DNA from: an uncultured candidatus Brocadiaceae bacterium
Lineage (GTDB): Bacteria; Planctomycetota; UBA1135; UBA2386
Direction of reading: 5' to 3'
Assembly: GCA_964543795.1 (NCBI GenBank)
Contig: CAZIZN010000004.1
Location: forward strand, 83,988-147,987
Length of the DNA stretch: 64,000 nucleotides
Every line of letters begins with the position of its first letter. Position 1 is the first letter of the stretch. Position numbers and translations under genes: made by a program. The notes beneath the pieces were generated by a model. The model worked only from the letters and a program-made list of their open reading frames with translations. It made no database searches and was not told the origin of the DNA. Shown piece by piece: positions 25,121 through 34,208 of the stretch.

Positions 25121-25162
25121 GATCCGACGGCACTGCCACCGTTCGCCACCGTTCAGCGGCGC

Positions 25163-26131
25163 CTAGTTGCCGAGCAGCGCGCGGCCGTAGTTGCTCGTGA
25201 CGAGACCGCCGGGCGCCAGCGCATCGAGCGCCGCCCACTGCGAGTAGAGCACGAGACCGACGAAGCTCGGATCGTTCGGCACGCCCATCGGCACCGTCGC
25301 CGCACCGGCGCCGTCCGTCAGCGTGAACAGGGTCGCCGCGACGGTGCCGAGGTAGAGCCGACAGCCCGGGAACCCTTGCGGCCCCAGGTCGACGGTGCGG
25401 CTGTCGAAGGCGGCCGCCAGGACCGCGGGCGTGCCCGGCACCGCGTTCGTGAGATCGTGGTGGAAGACCTGCCCGAGCCGGCTGCTGCCGGCGAGTTGCA
25501 GCGTGGGCATCTGCTGGTTGCTGCCCTGGCAACCGCGGCCGAACCGCGCCAGTCCGGCGTCGCCGGTCAAGAGCCGCATCTTGAACGCCGTGAGCCCGCC
25601 GTCGGTGCCGTGGGTCTGGTTCGTGTAGCTGCCCAGATAGACGCGCTGGTTGGTCGCGTCGCGGCGCATGTTCACGCCCGCGATCCGACCGAGCACCGTG
25701 AACTCGACGACGACGTGGTCGACGCCGTTGTAGAAGAAGGGCGTCTGCAGATCGACCTGGTTCCACACGTTGGCCGTGACCGGCCACACCCAGTCGGGAT
25801 GGTCCATCGTCGTGACGCTGCCGGCCGCGAGGTTGGCGGCGAAGTCCGTCGACAGCACAGCACCCGCGAAGTGGGCCATCTTCATCGTCACCCGCCCGTA
25901 GGCCAGCGTCGCCGTCGCGCCCGGCGACAGCGCGAAGCCCGTGACGACCGCGGGGCTGCTGCCGAGATCCGCGGCGGTCACCAGCGCCTGGTAGCGCATG
26001 TTCGTGGTGTTGAACGGGAAGGCATTGGCCGGACCGGTCCCGGGCGTGTCGGCGGGCACGAACGACGACTGCGCGCCGAGGCCCGCGGCCAGGGCCAAGC
26101 CGGAGAGGACGAACGACAGGGATGGATGCAT
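25163..26131 (-). CDS. Secreted protein of unknown function carrying the shared two-Cys C-terminal module
   Basis: ATG at 26131 in ORF 25163..27727. Signal peptide MHPSLSFVLSGLALAAGLGAQ. The C-terminal 126 aa (FGRGCQGSN...GFPGC...VTSN...) align with the Kelch-protein C-termini. Confidence 0.65.
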   Translation of the reverse strand: MHPSLSFVLSGLALAAGLGAQSSFVPADTPGTGPANAFPFNTTNMRYQALVTAADLGSSPAVVTGFALSPGATATLAYGRVTMKMAHFAGAVLSTDFAANLAAGSVTTMDHPDWVWPVTANVWNQVDLQTPFFYNGVDHVVVEFTVLGRIAGVNMRRDATNQRVYLGSYTNQTHGTDGGLTAFKMRLLTGDAGLARFGRGCQGSNQQMPTLQLAGSSRLGQVFHHDLTNAVPGTPAVLAAAFDSRTVDLGPQGFPGCRLYLGTVAATLFTLTDGAGAATVPMGVPNDPSFVGLVLYSQWAALDALAPGGLVTSNYGRALLGN

Positions 26132-26181
26132 GGTCCTGCTTCTGCTCGGGAGGGCATCATGCCTCGCGGCGAGCGGGGAGA

Positions 26182-27888
26182 TCACAGCGAGTAGAGCACG
26201 AGCACCGTCGTCAGCAGCACGGCCATCCAGAGAGTCATCGCCCCCGTGGAGATCGTGCGCATCAGCAGGTTGGCGGGTCCCTGGGTGCGCATGAGCTGCT
26301 GCCAGAGCGCCGCCGTGCCCGCCGCCCACCGCTGCTCCGTCGCGCGCCAGGCCGGGCCGACCACCGCCGCGATGCGGCCGCCGAGCGACGGCAGGCCGCG
26401 GCGCAGCACCCAGTCGCCGTCGAGGTTCGTCGACGGCAGCTCCGGCGGGTAGAGGCCCGTGCGCTGCAGCCACGCGAACGCGAGCGCCGACCACAACAGC
26501 AGCTGCAGCTGGGCCACGACGTGCGTCGTGTCGTACGGCTGGTAGCCGGGCTGCCACGGCAGCACCGCATAGAGCAGGCCCGGCGCGCAGCCGACGACGA
26601 TGCAGAGCGCGGCCGCGATCGCCATCGCCAGCAGCATGTTCCAGCGCGGCTCCGCGGGCCGCAGCCCCGAGTCGTGCGCGAAGAACGCGAAGAACGGGAT
26701 CTTGATGCCGGCGTGGTGGAAGACGCCCGCCGACGCGAACAGCAGCAGCAGCCAGACGACGTCGTGGCCCTGGTCGAGGGCCGCCGTCATCACCATCGAC
26801 TTGCTGACGAAGCCGGAGAACAGCGGGAACGCCGAGATCGACAGGGCGCCGACGATGCACAGCGCCGTGGTCCGGGGCATCGTGCGCCACAGCCCGCCGA
26901 GCTCGTTGCCGCCGATGCGCCCGGTCTGCTGCAGCACGGCCCCCATCGCCATGAACAGGAGCCCCTTGAACACCACGTCGTTGCAGGCGTGCGCGACCGA
27001 GCCCGCGAGTGCCAGGTCGGTGCCGAGCCCGATGCCACAGACCATGAAGCCGACCTGGTTGACCAGGCTGTAGGCGAGCACGCGCCGCAGGTCGTTCTCG
27101 ATCACCGCGTAGAAGATCGGGAAACACGCCATCGTCGCGCCGACGTAGACGAGGGCGTCGACGCCGGCGAACTGGCGCGCGAGCGCGCAGATCGCCACCT
27201 TGGTCGTGAACGCCGAGAGCCAGACGGTGCCGGTCGGCGTCGACTCGGGGTAGGCGTCGGTGAGCCACGTGTGCGCCAGCGGGAACGCCGCCTTGATGCC
27301 CAGGCCCAGGAGCAGCCAGAGCGCGCCGGCCTCGTGCAGTCCCAGCGCCGCGAACGCGGCGCTGCCGGTCGCCTCGATCCGCAGCCACGTCCCGGCCGCG
27401 AGCAGCAGGCCCGAGGCGAGTTGCCAGTAGAGGTAGCGCAGGCCCGCGCGCCGGCTCCGTTCGCCGCCGCGCGCCCAGATCAGGAACGTCGACGCGACGG
27501 CCATCACCTCCACGGCGACGAACAGGGTCACGAGGTCGCCGGCACCCGCCGCGGCCACCGCGCCGCCCGCGTAGAGCAGGCTGCACAGCGTCTCGGTGCG
27601 GCTCGTCACGTGCAGCGAGAAGAGGCCCGCGAGGGCCGCGGCGACGCAGAACAGCCCCGTGAACACGGCGGCGAGGCCGTCGAGGCGCACCACGGTGAGT
27701 TCGACGCCGGCCAGTTCCACGCTCCATGCCGCGGCGTTCGCGGTCGCGACGTCCGGCCAGGCCATGAGCGCCAACAGCCCGGCGAGCGGTGCGAGCAGCA
27801 TCACGGCGGGCCGCAGCCGCGCCGGCAACAGGCCCACCAGCGCGGCGCCGAGCACGAACGGCACGAACGGCGCCAGGTCACCGCCCAT
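26182..27888 (-). CDS. mrpD: Mrp/Mnh antiporter subunit D-like proton-conducting membrane subunit (NuoL/M/N family), copy 3
   Basis: 568 aa, polytopic. Has KAAFPLAHTWLTDAYPESTPTGTVWLSAF and AYSLVNQVGFM motifs typical of the family. Confidence 0.85.
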   Translation of the reverse strand: MGGDLAPFVPFVLGAALVGLLPARLRPAVMLLAPLAGLLALMAWPDVATANAAAWSVELAGVELTVVRLDGLAAVFTGLFCVAAALAGLFSLHVTSRTETLCSLLYAGGAVAAAGAGDLVTLFVAVEVMAVASTFLIWARGGERSRRAGLRYLYWQLASGLLLAAGTWLRIEATGSAAFAALGLHEAGALWLLLGLGIKAAFPLAHTWLTDAYPESTPTGTVWLSAFTTKVAICALARQFAGVDALVYVGATMACFPIFYAVIENDLRRVLAYSLVNQVGFMVCGIGLGTDLALAGSVAHACNDVVFKGLLFMAMGAVLQQTGRIGGNELGGLWRTMPRTTALCIVGALSISAFPLFSGFVSKSMVMTAALDQGHDVVWLLLLFASAGVFHHAGIKIPFFAFFAHDSGLRPAEPRWNMLLAMAIAAALCIVVGCAPGLLYAVLPWQPGYQPYDTTHVVAQLQLLLWSALAFAWLQRTGLYPPELPSTNLDGDWVLRRGLPSLGGRIAAVVGPAWRATEQRWAAGTAALWQQLMRTQGPANLLMRTISTGAMTLWMAVLLTTVLVLYSL

Positions 27889-28147
27889 CGTAGTAGTCCT
27901 CCGCGCGCATCAGCACGCGCCGCAGCGCGCGCGCCGCGAGCACCAGCGCGACACAGGCGACGAAGCCGTAGAAGCCGTAGAAGCCCGGCACGGCTTCGAT
28001 CGGCAGCTCGGTGTGGCGGTGGTGCACGAAGTCGATCGCGAGCACCGCGAGGCAGACGCCGAGGAAGATCGGGAAGGCGCGCCCGCGCCCTCTGCCGTGC
28101 GGCCCGCCGTGCGGCGTCGCCGCGGTTCCGTGCGTGGGGTCGTTCAT
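27878..28147 (-). CDS. Small two-TM membrane protein (89 aa) with His/Gly/Arg-rich N-terminus, embedded in the mrp cluster
   Basis: ATG at 28147 overlaps the upstream stop (ATGA), and its 3' end overlaps the next start by 11 nt. Sequence MNDPTHGTAATPHGGPHGRGRGR then two hydrophobic helices. No family recognised. Confidence 0.5.
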   Translation of the reverse strand: MNDPTHGTAATPHGGPHGRGRGRAFPIFLGVCLAVLAIDFVHHRHTELPIEAVPGFYGFYGFVACVALVLAARALRRVLMRAEDYYDGR

Positions 28148-29676
28148 GGCACGATCGTCTGCAGGAGTCGTTGCAGGGGCGCGAGCAGGAAGAAGGCGGC
28201 GACGCAGCCGGCGGCCGTGACGACCATCGCCAGCCGGCAGGGCCACGGCGCCTCGCCGGCGTCCGCCGCGTGGTCCGCCGCGTGGTCGGGCGCGTGGTCG
28301 GGCGAGGAGGGTGCGTCGTCGTTCGTCGCGTGCGCCGCCGGCAGCGGCTGGGCGAACGCGGCGATCAGGACCGGCAGCAGATAGGCCGCGCTGAGCAGCG
28401 AGCTGCCGAGCAGCAGGAGCAGCAGCAGCGGTCGGTCGGCTTCGGCCAGACCGAGCCCGAGCCACCACTTGCTCCACATGCCGCCGAGCGGCGGCAGGCC
28501 GACGATGCTCGCGGCCGCGACGCCGAAACAGGCGAACGTGACCGGCATGCGGCGGCCGAGCCCGCGCGCGCCGCTCACCGTCGCGACGTGCGCGGCGACC
28601 AGCAGCGCCCCGGCACCGAAGAACAGCGTGATCTTGCCGAACGCGTGCGTGACCATGTGCAGGCCGGCGCCGATCACCCCTGCCGCGGTCGCCGTGCACG
28701 CGCCGGCGGCGATGTAGGCCAGCTGCGCGATCGTCGACCACGCGAGCCGCGCCTTCAGGTTGTCCTTGGTCACGGCGACCATCGACGCGACGAGCATCGT
28801 CGCGCCGGCGACCCAGGCGATGGGCACGGCCGCGCCGGCCCGCTGCAGGGACTCGAGGCCGAACACGTAGACGACGACCTTGAGCAGCGCGAAGACGCCG
28901 GTCTTGACGACGGCGACCGCGTGCAGCAGGGCGCTCACCGGCGTCGGCGCGACCATCGCCGCGGGCAACCAGAGGTGGAACGGCATCAGCGCCGCCTTGC
29001 CGATGCCGAGCGCGAACAGCGCGAACAGCCCGATCGCGCCGTTCGTCGACAGGGCGCCCGCGTCGAGGGCCCCGGCGAGCAGCCCGCCGCGCACGAACGC
29101 GCCGCCGCCGGCGGTCGCGTGCGTCCAGACGATGGCCGGCAGCAGGAGGCCGATCGACGTGGTCAACAGGATGCCCAGGTAGATGCGACCTCCGTGCCGC
29201 GCGGCCGGAGTGCCGGAGTGCGTCACGAGCGGGTAGGTCGCCAGCGTCAGCATCTCGTAGCCGCAGAACAGCGTCAGCAGGTTGGCGGCCGACGCGGCGA
29301 CGAGCACGGCGAACATCGACAGCGCGAAGCAGGCGAAGAAGCGGGTCTGGTGGCGTTCGCCGTGCTCGCGCATGTAGCCGATCGAGTAGATCGTCGTCAC
29401 GATCCACAGGAACGACGCCAGGCACGCGAACACCGCCCCGAGCGGTTCGAGCGCGAACGCGAGGCTCGCGCCCGGCAGCGGCTCGGCGATCTGCAGCGCC
29501 GGGGCGCGGCCGCCGGCCACCGCGAGCAGCAGGCCGATCGCGCCGGCGAACGTCGAAGCGCCGCCGGCGAGCGACATCGCTTCACGCAGGTTCGGCCGGG
29601 CGCCGCACGCCGCGACGAGCGCGGCCGTCGCCAGCGGCAGCAGCAGCGTGGCGATCAGCAGGGCGGCGTCGGTCAT
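28144..29676 (-). CDS. mrpD: MrpD-like proton-conducting membrane subunit, copy 2
   Basis: ATG at 29676 (MTDAALLIATLLLPL...). GKAALMPFHLWLPAAMVAPTPVSALLHA and AWSTIAQLAYI. The C-terminal tail contains DHAPDHAADHAAD. Confidence 0.85.
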   Translation of the reverse strand: MTDAALLIATLLLPLATAALVAACGARPNLREAMSLAGGASTFAGAIGLLLAVAGGRAPALQIAEPLPGASLAFALEPLGAVFACLASFLWIVTTIYSIGYMREHGERHQTRFFACFALSMFAVLVAASAANLLTLFCGYEMLTLATYPLVTHSGTPAARHGGRIYLGILLTTSIGLLLPAIVWTHATAGGGAFVRGGLLAGALDAGALSTNGAIGLFALFALGIGKAALMPFHLWLPAAMVAPTPVSALLHAVAVVKTGVFALLKVVVYVFGLESLQRAGAAVPIAWVAGATMLVASMVAVTKDNLKARLAWSTIAQLAYIAAGACTATAAGVIGAGLHMVTHAFGKITLFFGAGALLVAAHVATVSGARGLGRRMPVTFACFGVAAASIVGLPPLGGMWSKWWLGLGLAEADRPLLLLLLLGSSLLSAAYLLPVLIAAFAQPLPAAHATNDDAPSSPDHAPDHAADHAADAGEAPWPCRLAMVVTAAGCVAAFFLLAPLQRLLQTIVP

Positions 29677-31184
29677 CGGCGACCTCCGTAGGCCTGCAGC
29701 AGCCTGTCGACCGCCTCGGCGGCCAGGTCGACGTTGAAGTCCGTGGCCACGCCGAGCCAGAGACTGCCCACGACGAGCACCCAGAGCGGGACTGCCGCCC
29801 ACGGGCCGAAGCGCACGCCGACCGGGTCTGGCTCGCCGGGCACCGGCGTCGGCGGCGGCTGGAAGTACATCGCCTCGACGAGCCGCCACACGTAGACGAC
29901 GGCGAGCAGCGAACCGAGCAGCACGCCGACGAGCGCCCACCCCATGTCGCGCTCGAGCAGCGCCTCGATCAGCAGCCACTTGCCGACGAAACCGCACGTC
30001 AGCGGCATGCCGATCAGGCCGAGCCCGCCGATCACGATCGCCGCCGCCGTCCACGGCATGCGGCGCGAGAGCCCGTTCAGGTCGGTCAACCAGAGCGTGC
30101 GGCGCGTGGCACCCAGGCGCAGCGTCACGAGGCCGAGCGCCAGGAACAGCCCCGTCTTCACGACCGCGTGGTTGCACAGGTGCGAGACCATCGCCGTGAG
30201 CCCCTTCTCGGACGACAGGCTCAGCCCGACCACCATGTAGCCGACCTGGCCGATGCTCGACCACGCCAGCAGGCGCTTGGGCTCTCTCTGGAACACGGCA
30301 GCGAAGGAACCGAGCACGGCGCCGAGCAACCCGAGCGCGAGCAGGAGCCAGTCGAAGTGCAGCGACGAGAAGCTCGCGGCCGGCGGGAACACGGTGAAGA
30401 AGAACCGCGCCCACAGGTAGAGCGCGACCTTGGTGGCCGTGCCGGCGAGCAGCGCCGACACCGCTGCGGGCGCCGTCGAGTAGGCGCCCGGCAGCCACAG
30501 GTGCAGCGGGAACACGGCGGCCTTGAGACAGAGCCCCACGGTCACGAACGCGAACGCGGCGCGCACCCCGCGCGTCCCGGCGACCGCCGGCAGGCGCACG
30601 GCGAGATCCGCCATGTTGAGCGTGCCCGTCGCGAGGTAGAGCAGGCCGATGCCGATCACGAGGAACGTGGCGCCGAGCGTGCCCATCAGCAGGTAGCGGA
30701 ACGAGGCCATCAGACAGCGCCGCTCGCCGCCGTGCGCGACCAGCACGTAGCCCGACAGCGAGGCGATCTCGAGGAACACGAAGACGTTGAACACGTCGCC
30801 GGTGACCGCGATGCCCATCACGCCGGTCACGCACAGCTGCCAGCACGCGAAGAACAGGTCGGGCCGCGCGGTGGCCAGTTCGTGGCGCGCCACCGCTGCC
30901 GCGTAGATCGTGGTGACGAGGTTGACGCCGGCGACGACCAGCAGCACGAAGGCGTTGAGCAGGTCCAGCCGGTACTCGATGCCGTACGGGATCGCGACAC
31001 CGCCGAGCAGGTACGAGATCGGCCCCTCCGCCTGGACCGCGAACAGCAGCCGGAGCGCGTTGGCGAACGCGAACGCGGCGACGACCGTGCACAGCGCCCC
31101 CGCCGCGGCACCGCGGCGGAGCAGCAGGCAGAGCGGCGCCGACATCAGCGGCACCACGATCTGCAGGACCAGTGCGTCGCTCAC
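29673..31184 (-). CDS. MrpD/MrpA-N-like proton-conducting membrane subunit, copy 1
   Basis: GTG at 31184 (VSDALVLQIVVPLMSAPL...) is preferred; an alternative GTG lies at 31247. LKAAVFPLHLWLPGAYSTAPAAVSALLAG and AWSSIGQVGYM. Confidence 0.8.
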   Translation of the reverse strand: MSDALVLQIVVPLMSAPLCLLLRRGAAAGALCTVVAAFAFANALRLLFAVQAEGPISYLLGGVAIPYGIEYRLDLLNAFVLLVVAGVNLVTTIYAAAVARHELATARPDLFFACWQLCVTGVMGIAVTGDVFNVFVFLEIASLSGYVLVAHGGERRCLMASFRYLLMGTLGATFLVIGIGLLYLATGTLNMADLAVRLPAVAGTRGVRAAFAFVTVGLCLKAAVFPLHLWLPGAYSTAPAAVSALLAGTATKVALYLWARFFFTVFPPAASFSSLHFDWLLLALGLLGAVLGSFAAVFQREPKRLLAWSSIGQVGYMVVGLSLSSEKGLTAMVSHLCNHAVVKTGLFLALGLVTLRLGATRRTLWLTDLNGLSRRMPWTAAAIVIGGLGLIGMPLTCGFVGKWLLIEALLERDMGWALVGVLLGSLLAVVYVWRLVEAMYFQPPPTPVPGEPDPVGVRFGPWAAVPLWVLVVGSLWLGVATDFNVDLAAEAVDRLLQAYGGRR

Positions 31185-31302
31185 GAGCCGACTCCGCGCC
31201 GGGTTCGGCCCGGGAGCCAGGTGCGCTTGGGGAGCCCGGACCCGCACGCCGCAGGCGCGATCCGCGGCACCTGGAGCGCTGCCCGCGGGGGCGGCGCCGC
31301 CG

Positions 31303-31662
31303 TCATCGCTGCTCCTGCTGCCGCACGCCGTCCTCCTCGATCGTGCCGTAGGCGCGGTGGATGCGCACGACGAGTGCCAGGCCCAGCGCCGTGGTCGCTA
31401 CACCGACGACGATCGCGGTCAGGATCAGCACCTGCGGCAGCGGGTTGCTGTAGACGGTGACGCCATCGACCAGGATCGGCGCCGTGCCACCCTCGACCTT
31501 GCCCATCGAGACGTAGAGGATGAACACCGAGGTCTGGAAGACGTTCAGCCCGACGAGCTTCTTGAGGAAGTTGGGGCTCTGGATGGCCACGTAGAGTCCC
31601 GTCATCATCAGCAGCACGACGATCCAGTGGTTGTAGTGGCCGAAGACTTCCAACAGGCTCAT
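31303..31662 (-). CDS. mrpC: Mrp/Mnh subunit C (NuoK-like)
   Basis: 119 aa, three hydrophobic helices. Has GLNVFQTSVFILYV...PLPQVLILTAIVVGVATTALGLAL. Confidence 0.85.
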   Translation of the reverse strand: MSLLEVFGHYNHWIVVLLMMTGLYVAIQSPNFLKKLVGLNVFQTSVFILYVSMGKVEGGTAPILVDGVTVYSNPLPQVLILTAIVVGVATTALGLALVVRIHRAYGTIEEDGVRQQEQR

Positions 31663-32105
31663 GCGGACTCCTCGCGCTGCCGCGGACCGGCCGGCAGGAC
31701 GTCGGCGAACGTGAAGAAGATGGTCACCATCACCGAGGCGACCGTCATCCCGACACCGATCTCGACCAGCATGATGCCGAGGTGCTGGCCGGCGACGTGC
31801 GACCGCATGAGCACGTCGTAGTCGAGGAAGCGACCGCCCATCAGCAGCGTGGCCACGCCGACGCCCGCGTACAGCAGCAATCCGCCCGCCACGAACCGTT
31901 CGACCCACGCTTCGGGCGCGGCGCGACGCGCGCGGCGGATGCCGAAGATCAGCGCGTAGAGCACGAACGCCGCGGCGAAGATCACGCCGGCCTGGAAGCC
32001 GCCGCCGGGGCTGATCTCGCCGTGCCCCTGCACGTACATCGCGAGCATCAGGATCGCGGGCAGGATCAGCTTGACGACGATGCGCAGTACGAGATGGTCG
32101 GGCAT
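31659..32105 (-). CDS. mrpB: Mrp/Mnh subunit B-like
   Basis: 148 aa. The GHGEISPGGGFQAGVIFAA motif is typical of MnhB domains. Confidence 0.8.
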   Translation of the reverse strand: MPDHLVLRIVVKLILPAILMLAMYVQGHGEISPGGGFQAGVIFAAAFVLYALIFGIRRARRAAPEAWVERFVAGGLLLYAGVGVATLLMGGRFLDYDVLMRSHVAGQHLGIMLVEIGVGMTVASVMVTIFFTFADVLPAGPRQREESA

Positions 32106-32114
32106 GCGGAGGCC

Positions 32115-32660
32115 TCAATCGGCGGCTTCGACGGACTTGCGACGCAGGCCGCCGAGCAGGGCCAACACGCCGATCCCGGCGGCGAACACCACCGTGGTCT
32201 CGCCCAGCGTGTCGTAGCCGCGGTAGCTCGCCAGGACCGAGGTGACGACGTTCGGCACGCCCGTCTCCCCCATCGCGGACTTCAGGTAGTAGGGCGCCAC
32301 GTGGCAGTGCACCGCGGCATCGGGATCGCCGAGCATCGGCAGATCGCCGAGCCCGTAGAGCAGCACTCCCCCCGTGAGCACCACGACGCAGAGCGGCAGC
32401 CACGGAGAGCGTCCCGGCCGCCGTTCCTGGCGGCCGACCAGGCTCAACGTGACGATCATCAGCACGGTGGAGATGCCGGCACCGACCGCGGCCTCGGTCA
32501 TGGCCACGTCCGGCGCGTCGAGCACCACGAACAGGGCCGCCGAGAGCAGGCTGTAGATGCCGAACATCATCACGACGCCGAACAGGTCGCGCATGTGCAC
32601 GACGGCGATCGCGACGGTGGCGAGCAGGGTGAGCAGGGCGACGTCGAGCAGGATCGTCAT
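32115..32660 (-). CDS. MrpA C-terminal-like (DUF4040-type) membrane protein
   Basis: ATG at 32660. RDLFGVVMMFGIYSLLSAALFVVLDAPDVAMTEAAVGAGIS resembles the segment found at the C-terminus of full-length MrpA and in MbhD/E-type proteins. Confidence 0.7.
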   Translation of the reverse strand: MTILLDVALLTLLATVAIAVVHMRDLFGVVMMFGIYSLLSAALFVVLDAPDVAMTEAAVGAGISTVLMIVTLSLVGRQERRPGRSPWLPLCVVVLTGGVLLYGLGDLPMLGDPDAAVHCHVAPYYLKSAMGETGVPNVVTSVLASYRGYDTLGETTVVFAAGIGVLALLGGLRRKSVEAAD

Positions 32661-33034
32661 GGGCGGTGCTCCGGCGTCGGAGCGGTCGGGAGGCGGTCGG
32701 CGCGCTCCCGGGCGGTGCGGTCGCCCGGTTCCGGCGGCGCGACCTGCGGCTGTTCGCCGGCCGCGCGGGCGGACTTCGCCAGCGCGTGGCACCCCGTGGT
32801 GCCCGTGAGCCAGAGGAACGCGAGGACGAGCAGCATGCGGCCGCTCTCGGTGCCGATCCCGGCGACGAGGCAGAGACCGGCCAGGACCAGGAACGCCCCG
32901 AGCGTGTCGACGACGCCGGCGGCGTGCATGCGCGTGAAGAGGTCCGGCATGCGCACGATGCCGATCGTGCCGACCAGCACGACGGCCGCGCCGAGGAGCG
33001 CGACCACTGCCCCCGCGATCTCGATCGCGTTCAT
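32657..33034 (-). CDS. mrpG: Mrp/Mnh subunit G
   Basis: ATG at 33034. GTIGIVRMPDLFTRMHAAGVVDTLG is a typical MnhG motif. Confidence 0.8.
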   Translation of the reverse strand: MNAIEIAGAVVALLGAAVVLVGTIGIVRMPDLFTRMHAAGVVDTLGAFLVLAGLCLVAGIGTESGRMLLVLAFLWLTGTTGCHALAKSARAAGEQPQVAPPEPGDRTARERADRLPTAPTPEHRP

Positions 33035-33318
33035 CGCCCGTCCTCCGGTCCGGCACCGAGGTCGCCGCGCTCGACGTACTTGAGCACGGCGATGCCGGCG
33101 ACGAAGCTCGTCAGCGCATAGATCATCGCGATGTCGATGAAGTCGGTGCGGCCGCTCACGAACGAGTAGACGCACAGCCACAACACCGTGATCGTGCCGA
33201 AGGTGTTGACCGCCAGGATGCGGTTCTTGACCGTCGGGCCGCGCAGCGCGCGCACCAGGGCGCAGCCCATCGCCAGCATCAGGATGCCGAGCGCCGCCGG
33301 CAGCAGGATGGCGCTCAC
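33031..33318 (-). CDS. mrpF: Mrp/Mnh subunit F
   Basis: GTG at 33318. 95 aa; RALRGPTVKNRILAVNTFGT...IDIAMIYALTSFV is typical of MnhF. Confidence 0.8.
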   Translation of the reverse strand: MSAILLPAALGILMLAMGCALVRALRGPTVKNRILAVNTFGTITVLWLCVYSFVSGRTDFIDIAMIYALTSFVAGIAVLKYVERGDLGAGPEDGR

Positions 33319-33896
33319 GCCCGCGCCTCCGGCCCGTTTCCTCCCGGTCCCGGCACGCCCGCCGCCGACGTGCCGCGGGGATCCACCACCGCGGCGACGC
33401 GGCGGTCCATCTCGCCGGTGAGCACGTCCTCGGCGGAGGCGTCGGTCAGCGCGTGCACGACGAGGTGGTCGTCGTGCACCTCGAGCGACACCGTGCCCGG
33501 CGTCAGGGTCACGCAGTTGGCCAGGATCGCACGGCCGAGGTCCGTGCGCTGCACGATCGGCACGCGCACGATGCGGGGCGCCACGCGCAGTCGCGGCCGC
33601 AGCAGGATGCCCAGCACCTCGAGGTTGCTGCGCACGACCCGCACCAGCAGCCAGGCCCAGAAGCGCAGGGCGCGCGGCACGAGGTGGATGGGATGGCCCT
33701 CCGCATCGACGGTACCGAGGCGGCGGCTCAGCAGCACCACCAAGGCACACGCGACCGCCATGAACCCCACCAACAGCGGTTCCAGGCGACCGGAGGTCAC
33801 CAGCCAGAAGACGCAGAGCAGAACCGTCAGGCTCAGGGTGCGCACGGAGGGGCTCGCTGCTGAGGACGAACCGGACGCACGGGCCGACCGGCTCAC
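33315..33896 (-). CDS. mrpE: Mrp/Mnh subunit E
   Basis: Has FWLVTSGRLEP... and ANCVTLTPGTVSLEV, typical of MnhE. The GTG at 33896 start is uncertain. Confidence 0.75.
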   Translation of the reverse strand: MSRSARASGSSSAASPSVRTLSLTVLLCVFWLVTSGRLEPLLVGFMAVACALVVLLSRRLGTVDAEGHPIHLVPRALRFWAWLLVRVVRSNLEVLGILLRPRLRVAPRIVRVPIVQRTDLGRAILANCVTLTPGTVSLEVHDDHLVVHALTDASAEDVLTGEMDRRVAAVVDPRGTSAAGVPGPGGNGPEARA

Positions 33897-34208
33897 TGGG
33901 GGACGAACCAGCGCAACCCGAACCGCTCGAGGGGCGGAACGGCCGGGCGCGACGCCTGCTTACTGAGCCGGCACGGACGGGACAAGCAGAACCTGGAGCA
34001 GATCGTGGGGTCGCCACCACAGGCCACGCGACGCGGCGGACGACGCTGGCCCGCGGTTCCGTCGTTCGCAGGCGCACTCGTCGGGTCGCCGGCGCGACGC
34101 GGTGCACGCGCCTCGAGGATCGATGAACCGCCGGCCCCGCGCATCGTCCGACGTGGCGGCACCGGTATCCTTGTCGCGCGCCTTCACCCCGTCTCCCAGC
34201 CCCCCACG

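Noticed and set aside
26182-33896. Mrp cluster as part of a membrane-bound hydrogenase (Mbh/Mbx) or complex I
   Set aside because: No NiFe hydrogenase large or small subunit, NuoB/C/D/H/I-like or Fe-S subunit genes flank the cluster in this window. Only the antiporter-type membrane module is present.
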